Origin: Candidatus Omnitrophota bacterium
GTDB lineage: Bacteria; Omnitrophota; Gorgyraeia; Gygaellales; Profunditerraquicolaceae
Length of the DNA stretch: 64,000 nt
Direction: 5' to 3'
NCBI GenBank assembly: GCA_025453395.1
Contig: JALOQK010000003.1
Span: forward strand, 18,711-82,710
This document shows positions 1 through 9,620 of the stretch, piece after piece (positions within the stretch are counted from its first letter, which is position 1; every line of letters begins with the position of its first letter). Below the pieces are notes generated by a model. The model was not told the origin of the DNA. It made no database searches and worked only from the letters and a program-made list of their open reading frames with translations. The position numbers and the translations under genes were made by a program.

Positions 1-1035
1 TTCTTTGGCCTGGGGATCAATATTTGGTTCTTCTAAGAAAAAGAAATCCGCCCTATCGGCAAAATCATTAAGCGTGGTCATGCGCGCCTGAAAAAGCTTT
101 ATCACATCCAGAATATACTTTTTATCTGGATTATTTCTATCTACAAGGCCCTTTTCCGCCAAACGCGCAATCAACTCTTCCGACAAATCCTGCACAGGGG
201 TATTTTTTATATACTCATTGCTAAACCAATCCAGTTTCTTAATGTCAAATGTGGCCGCGGTTTTAGTAACCTGCTTGATCTTAAATTGCCCGATGGCTTC
301 AGACAAACTTATTATTTCCCGATTTTCTTTTGGCGACCAGCTCAAAAGCAAAAGATAATTGACAAGCGCCTGGGGCAAATACCCCATTTTGCGGTAATCA
401 GAAATCGCTGTTGCCCCTGTGCGCTTAGAAAGCCTGCCCCCGTCAATGCCCATGATCAAAGGAAGATGCGCGAAACAGGGGAGAGAAAATCCCAGCGCCT
501 CATAAAATAAAATCTGCTTAGGGGTATTAGAAATATGGTCATCGCCGCGGATAATATGGGTAATGCCCATAGTGGCATCATCAACCGCGCAGGCAAAATT
601 ATAAGTCGGGGTCCCATCGGATTTTATAAGCACCTGGTCCTTCAGGATGCCTGAATCAAACTCTATGTCGCCTCGGATAAGATCCGCGACTTTTATCTTT
701 TGCTGCGGAACCTTAAAGATTATTGCCTCTTTCCCCTCGGCAGAACGCTCCACATAAGCCTTATTATCCTGCAAAAGTTTCTGGGCATATTGGCGGTACA
801 GATCAAACCTTTGGCTCTGATAATAAAGCTGGTCCCAATCAAATCCCAGCCATTTTAGACTAAACAGTATCTCATCAACAAATTCCTGCTTAGAGCGCAG
901 CTGATCTGTATCTTCAATGCGTAAAACAAATTCTCCGCCTACTGACTTTGCGTACAAAAAGTTAAAAAGCGCGGTCCTTCCTCCTCCTATATGCAGATAC
1001 CCGGTGGGGCTGGGAGCGAACCTTACCTTAACCAT
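1..1035 (-). CDS. gltX: Glutamate--tRNA ligase (3' part runs off window)
   Basis: Not in ORF track. Manual reverse-strand translation from ATG at 1035 gives MVKVRFAPSPTGYLHIGGGRTALFN, then RIEDTD, RGDDHISNTPKQ and RLSKR (KMSKS-like) motifs. Confidence 0.93.
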   Translation of the reverse strand, partial: MVKVRFAPSPTGYLHIGGGRTALFNFLYAKSVGGEFVLRIEDTDQLRSKQEFVDEILFSLKWLGFDWDQLYYQSQRFDLYRQYAQKLLQDNKAYVERSAEGKEAIIFKVPQQKIKVADLIRGDIEFDSGILKDQVLIKSDGTPTYNFACAVDDATMGITHIIRGDDHISNTPKQILFYEALGFSLPCFAHLPLIMGIDGGRLSKRTGATAISDYRKMGYLPQALVNYLLLLSWSPKENREIISLSEAIGQFKIKQVTKTAATFDIKKLDWFSNEYIKNTPVQDLSEELIARLAEKGLVDRNNPDKKYILDVIKLFQARMTTLNDFADRADFFFLEEPNIDPQAKE

Positions 1036-1039
1036 AAAA

Positions 1040-1585
1040 CTAAACCTTCTTTCTTTGAGGAAAAATTTTTGACCCGGCGATAAGCGCTTTCTGATTTATT
1101 TCCACAAGGTGTTTTTTGTTCTCTGGCGCGACATCGTGGATTACCTGCAAAGCTGTTTCTAATTTAACTACGGGCATAGATGATAGCAAAGCCCCCAGCA
1201 TCAGGATATTAAGCACCATCGGCTGGCCCATCTCTGCGGCAATCTGCCCAAAATTATAACTCCATGTTCGTTTGTGCCCGTGAAAATTTTCTACCTGCGA
1301 TGCGTTAATAAATACCGCCGCTTTAGCTGTTACCCTGTTCTTAAATTTATCAAGCGAAGGCTGGTTCATCGCAATTAAAACATCTGCCTTATGAATATAG
1401 GCAGAGCCGATGGATTTATCAGAAATCGCCACCATGCAATGAGCTGCGCCTCCTCTTACCTCGGCGCCATAGGCAGGAAGCCAGGTCACATTTTTCCCTT
1501 CGCGCATGCCAGACAAGGCAAGAATCTTTCCTAAAAGCATGACTCCCTGCCCGCCGCTACCGGCAACAATAACTTTTAAAGTCAT
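1040..1585 (-). CDS. 2-oxoacid:ferredoxin oxidoreductase gamma subunit
   Basis: AGSGGQGV and YGAEVRGG motifs; operon with alpha/beta/delta subunits. Confidence 0.9.
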   Translation of the reverse strand: MTLKVIVAGSGGQGVMLLGKILALSGMREGKNVTWLPAYGAEVRGGAAHCMVAISDKSIGSAYIHKADVLIAMNQPSLDKFKNRVTAKAAVFINASQVENFHGHKRTWSYNFGQIAAEMGQPMVLNILMLGALLSSMPVVKLETALQVIHDVAPENKKHLVEINQKALIAGSKIFPQRKKV

Positions 1586-2310
1586 TTCAATCTCCCCAGA
1601 GGAAACTCTTTGGTCATTTCATCCTTAACCCAAGCTGCGGCTTTTACAGGCGGCATCCCCCAATAGGTCGGGCAGGGCGAGAGAACTTCTACTAAAGAAA
1701 AACCAACGCCATTTATCTGGTTTAAAAAAGCCTCTTTTATCGCAGACTTAGTCTTAATAATATGCGCGGCATCATGCACAGCAACCCGTTCTACATATTT
1801 TACCGCTTTTAAAGTCGCTAATATTTCGGATATTTTTAAAGGATACCCTTCGCTTTGGGGATCGCGGCCGTTTATAGTGGTGGCGGTTTTCTGTCCGGTT
1901 AAAGTAGTCGGAGCCATCTGTCCGCCGGTCATGCCGTAAATAGCGTTATTCACAAAAATAACCGTGATATTTTCTCCGCGGTTGGCCGCGTGCAGTGTTT
2001 CAGCGGTTCCGATAGCGGCTAAATCTCCGTCGCCTTGATAAGTGAAAACTATATTCTCCGGGCGAAGCCTCTTTATAGCGGTTGCTACCGCCATTGCCCT
2101 GCCGTGGGCAGATTCAGAGCAATCAAAATCCCAATAATCATAGGCCACTACCGCGCAGCCTACCGGGGCAACCGCGATTATTTTTTCTCTTATGTCCAAT
2201 TCATCAATAACCTGCGCCACAAGCTTATGCAGCATACTATGCCCGCATCCAGCGCAGTAATGGGTGGACACATTGCGCAATGATTTGGGATGAGAATATA
2301 TTTTGTCCAT
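1582..2310 (-). CDS. 2-oxoacid:ferredoxin oxidoreductase beta subunit (TPP-binding)
   Basis: YCAGCGH, GDGDLAAIG, NNAIYGMTGGQ motifs; start placed at MDKIY. Confidence 0.9.
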   Translation of the reverse strand: MDKIYSHPKSLRNVSTHYCAGCGHSMLHKLVAQVIDELDIREKIIAVAPVGCAVVAYDYWDFDCSESAHGRAMAVATAIKRLRPENIVFTYQGDGDLAAIGTAETLHAANRGENITVIFVNNAIYGMTGGQMAPTTLTGQKTATTINGRDPQSEGYPLKISEILATLKAVKYVERVAVHDAAHIIKTKSAIKEAFLNQINGVGFSLVEVLSPCPTYWGMPPVKAAAWVKDEMTKEFPLGRLK

Positions 2311-2334
2311 AAATTTAAATTCCAATTTTGGGAT

Positions 2335-3405
2335 TTAGCATATCTTTTTTATCTTCTTGATAATCTCTTCTTCCGTCGGGATTCCTCCTCCAGCGCGGCC
2401 TAAGAATTCAACGCTGGCTTTTCCAGACACAGAAAGCCGCACATCTTCCACCATCTGCCCATAAGACATTTCCACTGCCAGGAATTTAAGCCGTTTGTTC
2501 TTTAGGGTTAATTGTTTAAATATTTTTTCTGGAAATGGCCAAAGCGTAACCGGACGGATAAGCCCCACCTTTTTGCCTTGTTCTCTTAAGGTATTAACCG
2601 CGCCTTCTGCTATGCGCGCCATAGACCCATAGGCGACAATTATTAACTTAGCGTCGGAAATAAATGAAACAGCGCACCTTTGTTCTTTTTGCCGCATGCT
2701 GCGGTATTTCTTCTGTAAAATTAGATTGAATTTCTCCAATGCCCCATCAGCCATGTAAAAAGACTTGACTACATTGGCTGGACGGCCCTTGCATCCTGTC
2801 AACGCCCATGGTTTTTTGAATTTTTTAGCTTTTCGCTTTTCGCTTTTCGCTTCTAACGGCTCCATCACCTGCCCCAACATTCCATCGCCCAATATTATTA
2901 CCGGGTTACGGTATTTATCTGCCAGATCAAAAGCATCGGACATTAGATCATACGCTTCTTGCACGTTAGATGGCGCCAGGACTAAGCAATGAAAATCTCC
3001 GTGCCCGCCGCCTTTTGTAGCCTGAAAATAATCAGATTGCGCCGGGGCGATGTTACCTAAGCCCGGGCCTCCGCGCATCATATTTACAATCACCGCCGGT
3101 AACTGCGCTGCGGCGATATAAGAAATACCTTCCTGCTTTAAGCTTACCCCGGGGCTTGAAGAAGAGGTCATGGCTCTAAACCCGCACCCAGATGCGCCGT
3201 ATACCATACTGATCGCCGAGATCTCTGATTCAGCCTGGATAAAAACACCCCCCGCCTGCTTCATATGCTCAGACATATAAGCGGTTAATTCATTCTGCGG
3301 AGTAATCGGATACCCTGCATAAAATCTGCAGCCGGCATCGATAGCCCCTTGGGCTATCGCTTCATTGCCACTTATGAGTATTTTATTATTATTTTTGTCT
3401 TCCAC
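2335..3405 (-). CDS. 2-oxoacid:ferredoxin oxidoreductase alpha subunit (VorB-like)
   Basis: GNEAIA, YPITPQ, QAESE, SSSPG, RGGPGLG motifs. Confidence 0.9.
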   Translation of the reverse strand: MEDKNNNKILISGNEAIAQGAIDAGCRFYAGYPITPQNELTAYMSEHMKQAGGVFIQAESEISAISMVYGASGCGFRAMTSSSSPGVSLKQEGISYIAAAQLPAVIVNMMRGGPGLGNIAPAQSDYFQATKGGGHGDFHCLVLAPSNVQEAYDLMSDAFDLADKYRNPVIILGDGMLGQVMEPLEAKSEKRKAKKFKKPWALTGCKGRPANVVKSFYMADGALEKFNLILQKKYRSMRQKEQRCAVSFISDAKLIIVAYGSMARIAEGAVNTLREQGKKVGLIRPVTLWPFPEKIFKQLTLKNKRLKFLAVEMSYGQMVEDVRLSVSGKASVEFLGRAGGGIPTEEEIIKKIKKIC

Positions 3406-3442
3406 TTTTTACTTTTGCCTTTTTCCTTTTTACTTTTGCCTT

Positions 3443-3646
3443 TTATTTATATACCTCTATACAGCAATCCGGGCAGACAAGCGCGCAAAGGCTGCACCCC
3501 GAACACTGCCCTTCTTCTTTAAATATCACCGGAACAGCTCCTTTACTGTTTATCTTCTTGCCCAAAGTAATCATTTTATTAGGGCAAACGGATACGCACA
3601 ATAAACACCCTTTACATTTTTGCGCGTTAATAACTATTTTAGCCAT
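3443..3646 (-). CDS. 2x[4Fe-4S] ferredoxin (oxidoreductase delta subunit)
   Basis: Two CxxCxxCxxxCP motifs. Confidence 0.9.
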   Translation of the reverse strand: MAKIVINAQKCKGCLLCVSVCPNKMITLGKKINSKGAVPVIFKEEGQCSGCSLCALVCPDCCIEVYK

Positions 3647-5490
3647 AATCTTATTTGGGCTGCGATTTGTTTTGGGCTTAATCCGTATTTATCTAGAAGC
3701 TCGGCTCTCTTGCCGCAAGGGATGAATTCATCGGGCAAGCCCATACGCTTAACCGGTTTGTCGATCTGCTCCATAACTAAAGAGCCAAAACCACCATCTA
3801 TAACGGCTTCTTCCAGGGTGCAAATTAAATTTACTGCACAGCTTAGTTTCTTTAAGGCTGGAGCGTCCAGCGGTTTTACAAAACGGGCATTGACCAATGT
3901 GCCGTTAATCCCATCTTTTTCCAATATCTTTACCGCCTCCCAAGCAGAATACACCATGCTGCCCAAGGCCACAAGAAGAAAATCTCTGCCAACAGACAAT
4001 ATTTCAGCTTTGCCGACTTCAAGCGCAGATAACGATGGTAAATTATCCGCAACCCATGACTTAGGATAACGAATAGCCACCGGTTTTTTTAGCCCGATTG
4101 CCAATTCCAACATCGCTTCAAGCTCCCTTGCATCCTTGGGAGCCATAACCACAAAATTAGGTATGCCCCTTAAGAAGGAAATGTCAAATATCCCCTGATG
4201 CGTTGGGCCGTCTTCTCCGACGATGCCTGCGCGATCAATAGCCAAAACCACTGCCGCCTCCTGCAAGCCGATGTCTTCGATTAACTGATCATAGGCGCGC
4301 TGTAAAAATGTAGAATATAAAGCCACAACCGGAACCAGCCCCTGTTTAGCTAAACCGGCGGCAAAACAAACCGCGTGTTGTTCGGCAATTCCCACGTCAA
4401 AGAATCTACCCGGAAAAGCATCGCGGAATTTATCAAGACCCGTTCCTTCAGGCATAGCAGCTGTGATAGCGATCAATTCGGGATGTTTCTGCGCAAGCTC
4501 CAGCATTTTGCCGCTAAAAACTTCTGTGTATGTTTTTCTTGGCTGCAAAAAGCCCGCCTGCGCCGGATTTCCGGTTGCCACATCAAATGGCCCTGTTCCG
4601 TGAAATCTTACCGGATCTTTCTCCGCCGGTAAGTAGCCTTTTCCTTTTTTGGTAACTACGTGTAAAAGGATCGGCCCTTTTATGGCTAAAATTTTCTTAA
4701 AAGCCGGGATCAAAGTGCCTAGATTGTGCCCGTCAAACGGGCCAAAATAACGAAAACCCATTTCTTCAAAAAACATCCCCGGGATAAACAACCCCTTAAG
4801 GGCCTCTTCAAACTTATTCACCAACCTTAACAAACGGCTTCCTTTAGGAAAACGCGATTTTATTAAGTTCTCTAAGGATTCATGAAAACGGTTGTAGACA
4901 GGCGTAGAAATAATCTTGTTCAGATAATTACTTATTGCTCCCACATTAGGGGCAATGCTCATCTCGTTTGTATTTAAAACAATGGCTATGTCTTTCTTAA
5001 TGTGCCCTGCGTTATTAAGCCCTTCGAAACATAAACCCCCGCTTAAAGACCCGTCTCCTATGACCGCGACTACTTTATATTGTTGGGGCGGATTCAGATT
5101 CTCGCGCGCCAAGGCCAGGCCCAAAGCAAGCGAAACTGCGCTAGAGCTGTGCCCGGTGGTAAAAGGGTCGCACCCTGATTCATTTTTGCAAGGAAACCCG
5201 CTTAATCCCTGAAATTTACGCAAAGAGGAAAAATCTTTATTTCTTCCGGTTAGTATTTTGTGCGCGTAGCTCTGGTGCCCGACATCCCAGATGATTTTAT
5301 CGCTTGGGACATCTAAACAATAATGCAAGGCTATGGCCAATTCTACGGCTCCCAGGCTTGAAGCTAAATGCCCGCCGTTGGCAGAAACCACTTCTAAGAT
5401 CCGGGACCTTATTTCTGAAGCTAATTCCGGAAGCTTAACCAGCGGCACCTGCTTTAAATCACCCGGGGAATTAATATTCTCTAAAAACAT
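3634..5490 (-). CDS. dxs: 1-deoxy-D-xylulose-5-phosphate synthase
   Basis: GGHLASSLG, WDVGHQSY, GDGS, IAEQHAV, DRAGIVGEDGPTHQG. Confidence 0.97.
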   Translation of the reverse strand: MFLENINSPGDLKQVPLVKLPELASEIRSRILEVVSANGGHLASSLGAVELAIALHYCLDVPSDKIIWDVGHQSYAHKILTGRNKDFSSLRKFQGLSGFPCKNESGCDPFTTGHSSSAVSLALGLALARENLNPPQQYKVVAVIGDGSLSGGLCFEGLNNAGHIKKDIAIVLNTNEMSIAPNVGAISNYLNKIISTPVYNRFHESLENLIKSRFPKGSRLLRLVNKFEEALKGLFIPGMFFEEMGFRYFGPFDGHNLGTLIPAFKKILAIKGPILLHVVTKKGKGYLPAEKDPVRFHGTGPFDVATGNPAQAGFLQPRKTYTEVFSGKMLELAQKHPELIAITAAMPEGTGLDKFRDAFPGRFFDVGIAEQHAVCFAAGLAKQGLVPVVALYSTFLQRAYDQLIEDIGLQEAAVVLAIDRAGIVGEDGPTHQGIFDISFLRGIPNFVVMAPKDARELEAMLELAIGLKKPVAIRYPKSWVADNLPSLSALEVGKAEILSVGRDFLLVALGSMVYSAWEAVKILEKDGINGTLVNARFVKPLDAPALKKLSCAVNLICTLEEAVIDGGFGSLVMEQIDKPVKRMGLPDEFIPCGKRAELLDKYGLSPKQIAAQIRLWLK

Positions 5491-5729
5491 TACTTTCCCT
5501 CTTCTTGAGAATCGTCAAAATCTTCCAGCTTAAAACCAGAATCCTTCTTCATTAAAAGCTCGACTTTTCTTTGCGCGTCTTCTAAAACACAGGCGCAGGA
5601 CTTGGCAAGCTTTACTCCTTCTTCATATTTCTTCAAGGACTCACCCAAAGTTAATTTTCCAGAAGCTAATTCATCCACGATTTTTTGCAGGCGCTTTAAA
5701 TCATCTTCAAAATTAATTTTTTCTTTCAT
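5490..5729 (-). CDS. xseB: Exodeoxyribonuclease VII small subunit
   Basis: FEDDLKRL...L.ESLKKYEEGVKL; lies between xseA and dxs. Confidence 0.92.
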   Translation of the reverse strand: MKEKINFEDDLKRLQKIVDELASGKLTLGESLKKYEEGVKLAKSCACVLEDAQRKVELLMKKDSGFKLEDFDDSQEEGK

Positions 5730-6967
5730 CTCGGCATCCCTTCCTGTTTATCTGTATACAAATTTACACTTTCGACTAAACTAGTAAAAGACCCTCGTTC
5801 CAGAATAGTGCTGACCTTATCTCCCGCTTTAAGCTGATCGGCATTTTTTAATACTTGCTGGTTTTCCATAAGCATGCTTAAACTGTACCCTCGGGAAAGA
5901 ACCGATAAAGGGCTTAAAACATGCATCCTTTGCGCCAAGGAAAAAAAACGTTCGCGGGTAAATTTTATATAAGAAGACATGGATTGCTTCAGGCGCTCAC
6001 TTAACTCATCTAAAAGCTGCTGTTTCTCAAGAAGCCGGTCTAGGGGGCTCTTAAGCATCCCCTTTAAAAGGGCTAATGCGTGACGGCCGGTGTTTAACTT
6101 TTCAGAAAATGACAAATCCATTTGATAACGCATATTTTCTAATGCGGTAAGAAGCGCGTTTTTCTTATCCACAATGATCTTAGCTGCTGCGGTTGGAGTT
6201 TCCACAAATATATCCGCGGTTAAATCTGAAAGAGTAGTATTGATCTGATGCCCCACCGCCGAAATAACCGGAAGCCTTGAATTATAAATTGCGCGTGCTA
6301 CTTTTTCTTCATTAAACGCCCAAAGGTCTTCAACGCTTCCTCCGCCGCGGCTTACTATAATTACGTCTACTTGATTGTACTGATTTAATTCCTCTATGCC
6401 GGAAGCGATTTCAAAACAGGCCCCTTCCCCTTGCACGCGAGAAGGCCTGATAACTACATCCACACAGGCCGCCCCGCGCTTTAAAACCTGCAAAATATCC
6501 CTGACCGCGGCACCCGCGCTTGAGGTAACAACCCCGGCGCGAAAAATCACCCTTGGTAATTCTTTTTTATGAGAGACATCAAACAATCCTTCTTTAAAAA
6601 GTTTTTCTTTGAGCTGTTCAAAGGCAAGCTGCTGCGCGCCGATTCCCTTGGGCTGCAGCTGCTCAATAATAAGCTGATACTGGCCGCGCGGCGCGTAGAC
6701 ATCGATTTTCCCAAAACAAATAACCTTTAATCCGTCTTCTATCTTGAAATTTAGCTTTTGGTTAGAACGCGCGAACATCGCTGCCTGTAAAACTGCGGAC
6801 TGGTCTTTAAGCGAAAAGTAAAAGTGGCCTGATGCGGCAGCTTTAAAATTAGAAATTTCTCCTTCTACCCAAACAGAAGCATAGTTTGCCTCTAAAATAA
6901 GCTTGATGTCTTGGGTGATCTGGGATACAGTTAAAATCTGCCGCTCTTGTTGGTCCTGGATAGGCAT
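5726..6967 (-). CDS. xseA: Exodeoxyribonuclease VII large subunit
   Basis: WVEGEISN, GHFYFSLKD, RGGGSVEDLWAFNEE, TPTAAA, LSRGYS. Confidence 0.96.
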   Translation of the reverse strand: MPIQDQQERQILTVSQITQDIKLILEANYASVWVEGEISNFKAAASGHFYFSLKDQSAVLQAAMFARSNQKLNFKIEDGLKVICFGKIDVYAPRGQYQLIIEQLQPKGIGAQQLAFEQLKEKLFKEGLFDVSHKKELPRVIFRAGVVTSSAGAAVRDILQVLKRGAACVDVVIRPSRVQGEGACFEIASGIEELNQYNQVDVIIVSRGGGSVEDLWAFNEEKVARAIYNSRLPVISAVGHQINTTLSDLTADIFVETPTAAAKIIVDKKNALLTALENMRYQMDLSFSEKLNTGRHALALLKGMLKSPLDRLLEKQQLLDELSERLKQSMSSYIKFTRERFFSLAQRMHVLSPLSVLSRGYSLSMLMENQQVLKNADQLKAGDKVSTILERGSFTSLVESVNLYTDKQEGMPR

Positions 6968-6977
6968 ATCTTATCTA

Positions 6978-8726
6978 TTATTGCTTTTTCTGGTCATTGT
7001 CGACAACCGGCTGCTGCGCAGTAACCTCCTCTTGCACGATAACAGGCTTATTTTCTGTTTCAGCCTTCTTTTTTATATCTACAAGGCACACCGAATAAGG
7101 CTTCAGCAAAATTTGTTGCTGCAGCACTCCAGAAATAACAACCTCTTTTTCGCCGGCCGCAGCAAACTGACAATCACGCACACAGGCATCATCGCATAAA
7201 TATTGTTTTATCACGTAAACAGAGTCTTTCTTTAAGTTCTTGATGTTCATTTTGATATTGCGCGCCATCTGCATGGCTTTGCCGGACTGCTCAAATATAT
7301 CTTTGGCTTTTTTAAGCATATTTTTTACTCTGCCGGTAGAGCGCACATCGGAAAGGCTTATCTGCCCATTAATAAACCTTTTAAAATTATCGTTGTACAA
7401 ATAATCTAAAACATATTTTCTCTCGGAGTCGCTTAAAAAAGCGATGTTGCGCGAAATATAATTACGGGCGGCTTGCGGGTCTATATAATTATAAAGCAAA
7501 ATCGCCATGCCGTCTTCTTTCTTAGTGGCAACAACCCCCACAAAAGGGTCTTCCTGACGGGGAGAAAAAAACATCTTATCTGATAGGCCCTTAAGCATCT
7601 TAAAAACAATGAACGCGGATTTGGGAACCCCCGAAGCAAAAACCCCTACGTTTCTTACCACCCCTTCGGGCTCATTATAAAAGTCTTCCAGCGCGAAATA
7701 AACCTGATAATCTATGCCGGACTCATACATATATTTGATCCGCGCCGGGATAAAACTGGCTGTTATGAAAGATTTATCCGCTCTCTCGGCCAAAATATTC
7801 GACCCGGCGTCATAATTCCATTCTGATATGATAAGCGGGGTGCTGCGGTCAAAGCGGAAATAAAAAAGCCAATCCCGGATAATCGCCGATGGTATCTTAT
7901 TGTAGCGGGTCAGCTCTTTCTCGGCCTTGGGGTCGCTTGTATAGGCATGCCAGCTTATAAAATCCAATGGCAGGCGGTAATCATAACAATAGCGGATTAA
8001 ATCGTAAATCAGGCTTCTGTGCGGATAGAGGATATTATTGCCGCCGGAATTTTGAAACCACCAGCTTGTGCCCGGCCCCCCAACAGGTATATGGATTTTT
8101 GTTTCCGCCTCAAGCTCTTTGGCGCTTTCAGCAACTGCCCGATACAGCAGAAGATAATCTTGTCTTCTGCCCAAGAAGAAATCATCGGCATCAGGCGCGC
8201 TCCAAACCTCATACCAGATATTATATCTTTTGTCGCAACTTAAAACGCGCATTTTAGATTTTATAAGAGCTTTTAACGAAACATGGTTGGCGGGCGGGCT
8301 TTTCTGGTCCAGTATCTTTCCATATCCTGCAGGCATACCGAAAATATTTAAGATAACCGTGCCGCCGGCATCAGAAATCTTCTTGATCGTATCCTCGTAA
8401 ACAGAAGAAAGTTTTTCTTCTTTCTGCTTATCTTTTTTAGATTCTAATATTTCCCAAAGGTTATACTGCAGGCGGTAAAAACCCTTAAGCCCTATTTGGC
8501 CTGCCCATAACTCTATTGACGAGGATGCGGCCAAATTAACCGGCCATCCGGATTCCGGGCTTTTGGCTGAGCCGCTTAAGTCTATCCCCGGCTTAAAAAC
8601 CGCGGGCAGGTTTATGGTGTTGGCGTTATAATCTAAAGAGCATTCAAAAGGCTGATCTGCCTGGGCAAAAAGGCCTGCTGTCAGGCCTAAAGATAAGATA
8701 AAGATTAACGCTGTCTTTTTAATCAT
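6978..8726 (-). CDS. Secreted GH39-like (clan GH-A) glycoside hydrolase homolog
   Basis: Signal peptide; WYEVW.APD, VGGPG, PLDFISWH.Y, IISEWN motifs typical of GH39. Confidence 0.65.
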   Translation of the reverse strand: MIKKTALIFILSLGLTAGLFAQADQPFECSLDYNANTINLPAVFKPGIDLSGSAKSPESGWPVNLAASSSIELWAGQIGLKGFYRLQYNLWEILESKKDKQKEEKLSSVYEDTIKKISDAGGTVILNIFGMPAGYGKILDQKSPPANHVSLKALIKSKMRVLSCDKRYNIWYEVWSAPDADDFFLGRRQDYLLLYRAVAESAKELEAETKIHIPVGGPGTSWWFQNSGGNNILYPHRSLIYDLIRYCYDYRLPLDFISWHAYTSDPKAEKELTRYNKIPSAIIRDWLFYFRFDRSTPLIISEWNYDAGSNILAERADKSFITASFIPARIKYMYESGIDYQVYFALEDFYNEPEGVVRNVGVFASGVPKSAFIVFKMLKGLSDKMFFSPRQEDPFVGVVATKKEDGMAILLYNYIDPQAARNYISRNIAFLSDSERKYVLDYLYNDNFKRFINGQISLSDVRSTGRVKNMLKKAKDIFEQSGKAMQMARNIKMNIKNLKKDSVYVIKQYLCDDACVRDCQFAAAGEKEVVISGVLQQQILLKPYSVCLVDIKKKAETENKPVIVQEEVTAQQPVVDNDQKKQ

Positions 8727-9504
8727 TTAATTTTTCTTGCAATCTTTTAATTAAGATCGCTTTTCCCGAAGCCGGGTCTATTTCCACCAAACAAGCGTGC
8801 AGCTGGATATCATCTTGAGCAACTTCAAATTTAACCGGGATAGAAGTGAGAAAACGTTTCAACACGTCCTCAACCCTTCTGCCGATAACTGAATAATACG
8901 GCCCGGTCATGCCGGCATCGGTAAGATAAGCTGTGCCTGCGGGAAGTATTTTCTCATCGGCAGTCTGGATATGGGTGTGCGTGCCTAAAACCGCGCTTAC
9001 CCTGCCGTCTAAAAACCAACCCATGGCTATTTTCTCTGAAGTGGCTTCCGCGTGGATGTCCACGATTACAACCTTGGCGCGTTTTTTCAAATCCTCGAGC
9101 TGTTCGTCAATGGCGCGAAAGGGACAATCAAGCGCCTCCATAAATACCCGGCCTTGCAAATTTACTACCGCAATCTTTTCACCGCTGGAGGCAGTAAAAA
9201 CATCTGCGCCTTTTCCGGGAGAACCCTTAGGGAAATTAAGCGGCCTTAATATCCTGGGATCACGGTCAATGATCTCAAAGATCTCTTTTTTCTTCCAGAT
9301 ATGATCCCCGGAAGTCAATACCGACACCCCGGCATCAAAAAGTTCATCGGCCACCTGACGGGTAATACCGGATCCCCCTGCGGCGTTCTCGGCATTGGCA
9401 ATCACAAAATCAAGCGCGTATTGCTTCTGAAGCCGCGGCAGGATCTTTTTTACTGCTTCCCTGCCAGGGGAACTAACGATATCACCGATAAATAATATTT
9501 TCAT
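8719..9504 (-). CDS. ymdB: YmdB-family metallophosphoesterase (TIGR00282)
   Basis: GDIV, NAENAAGG, HAEATSEK, GTHTH, TDAGMTG; downstream of rny. Confidence 0.93.
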   Translation of the reverse strand: MKILFIGDIVSSPGREAVKKILPRLQKQYALDFVIANAENAAGGSGITRQVADELFDAGVSVLTSGDHIWKKKEIFEIIDRDPRILRPLNFPKGSPGKGADVFTASSGEKIAVVNLQGRVFMEALDCPFRAIDEQLEDLKKRAKVVIVDIHAEATSEKIAMGWFLDGRVSAVLGTHTHIQTADEKILPAGTAYLTDAGMTGPYYSVIGRRVEDVLKRFLTSIPVKFEVAQDDIQLHACLVEIDPASGKAILIKRLQEKLND

Positions 9505-9509
9505 AATTG

Positions 9510-9620
9510 TAAAGCGTAAAGTGTAAAGTGCAAAGTGCAAAACGAAAAGCTACAGCGTAAAATTCAAAGAGTTTTTAGTTTTAAATTATGATTTTAAATT
9601 TTTCGCTTTCAATTTTGCGT
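9510..9620. repeat. AT-rich imperfect palindrome with 7-nt periodicity
   Basis: A-rich arm aaagcgt-aaagtgt-aaagtgc-aaagtgc..., T-rich arm ...ttttcgc-tttcaat-tttgcgt. Confidence 0.75.

Noticed and set aside
8719-9540. Upstream starts for ymdB (9540), glmS (41143) and pyrR (43781)
   Set aside because: The extensions run through repeat arms or the attenuator; conserved N-termini begin at 9504, 41167 and 43814.
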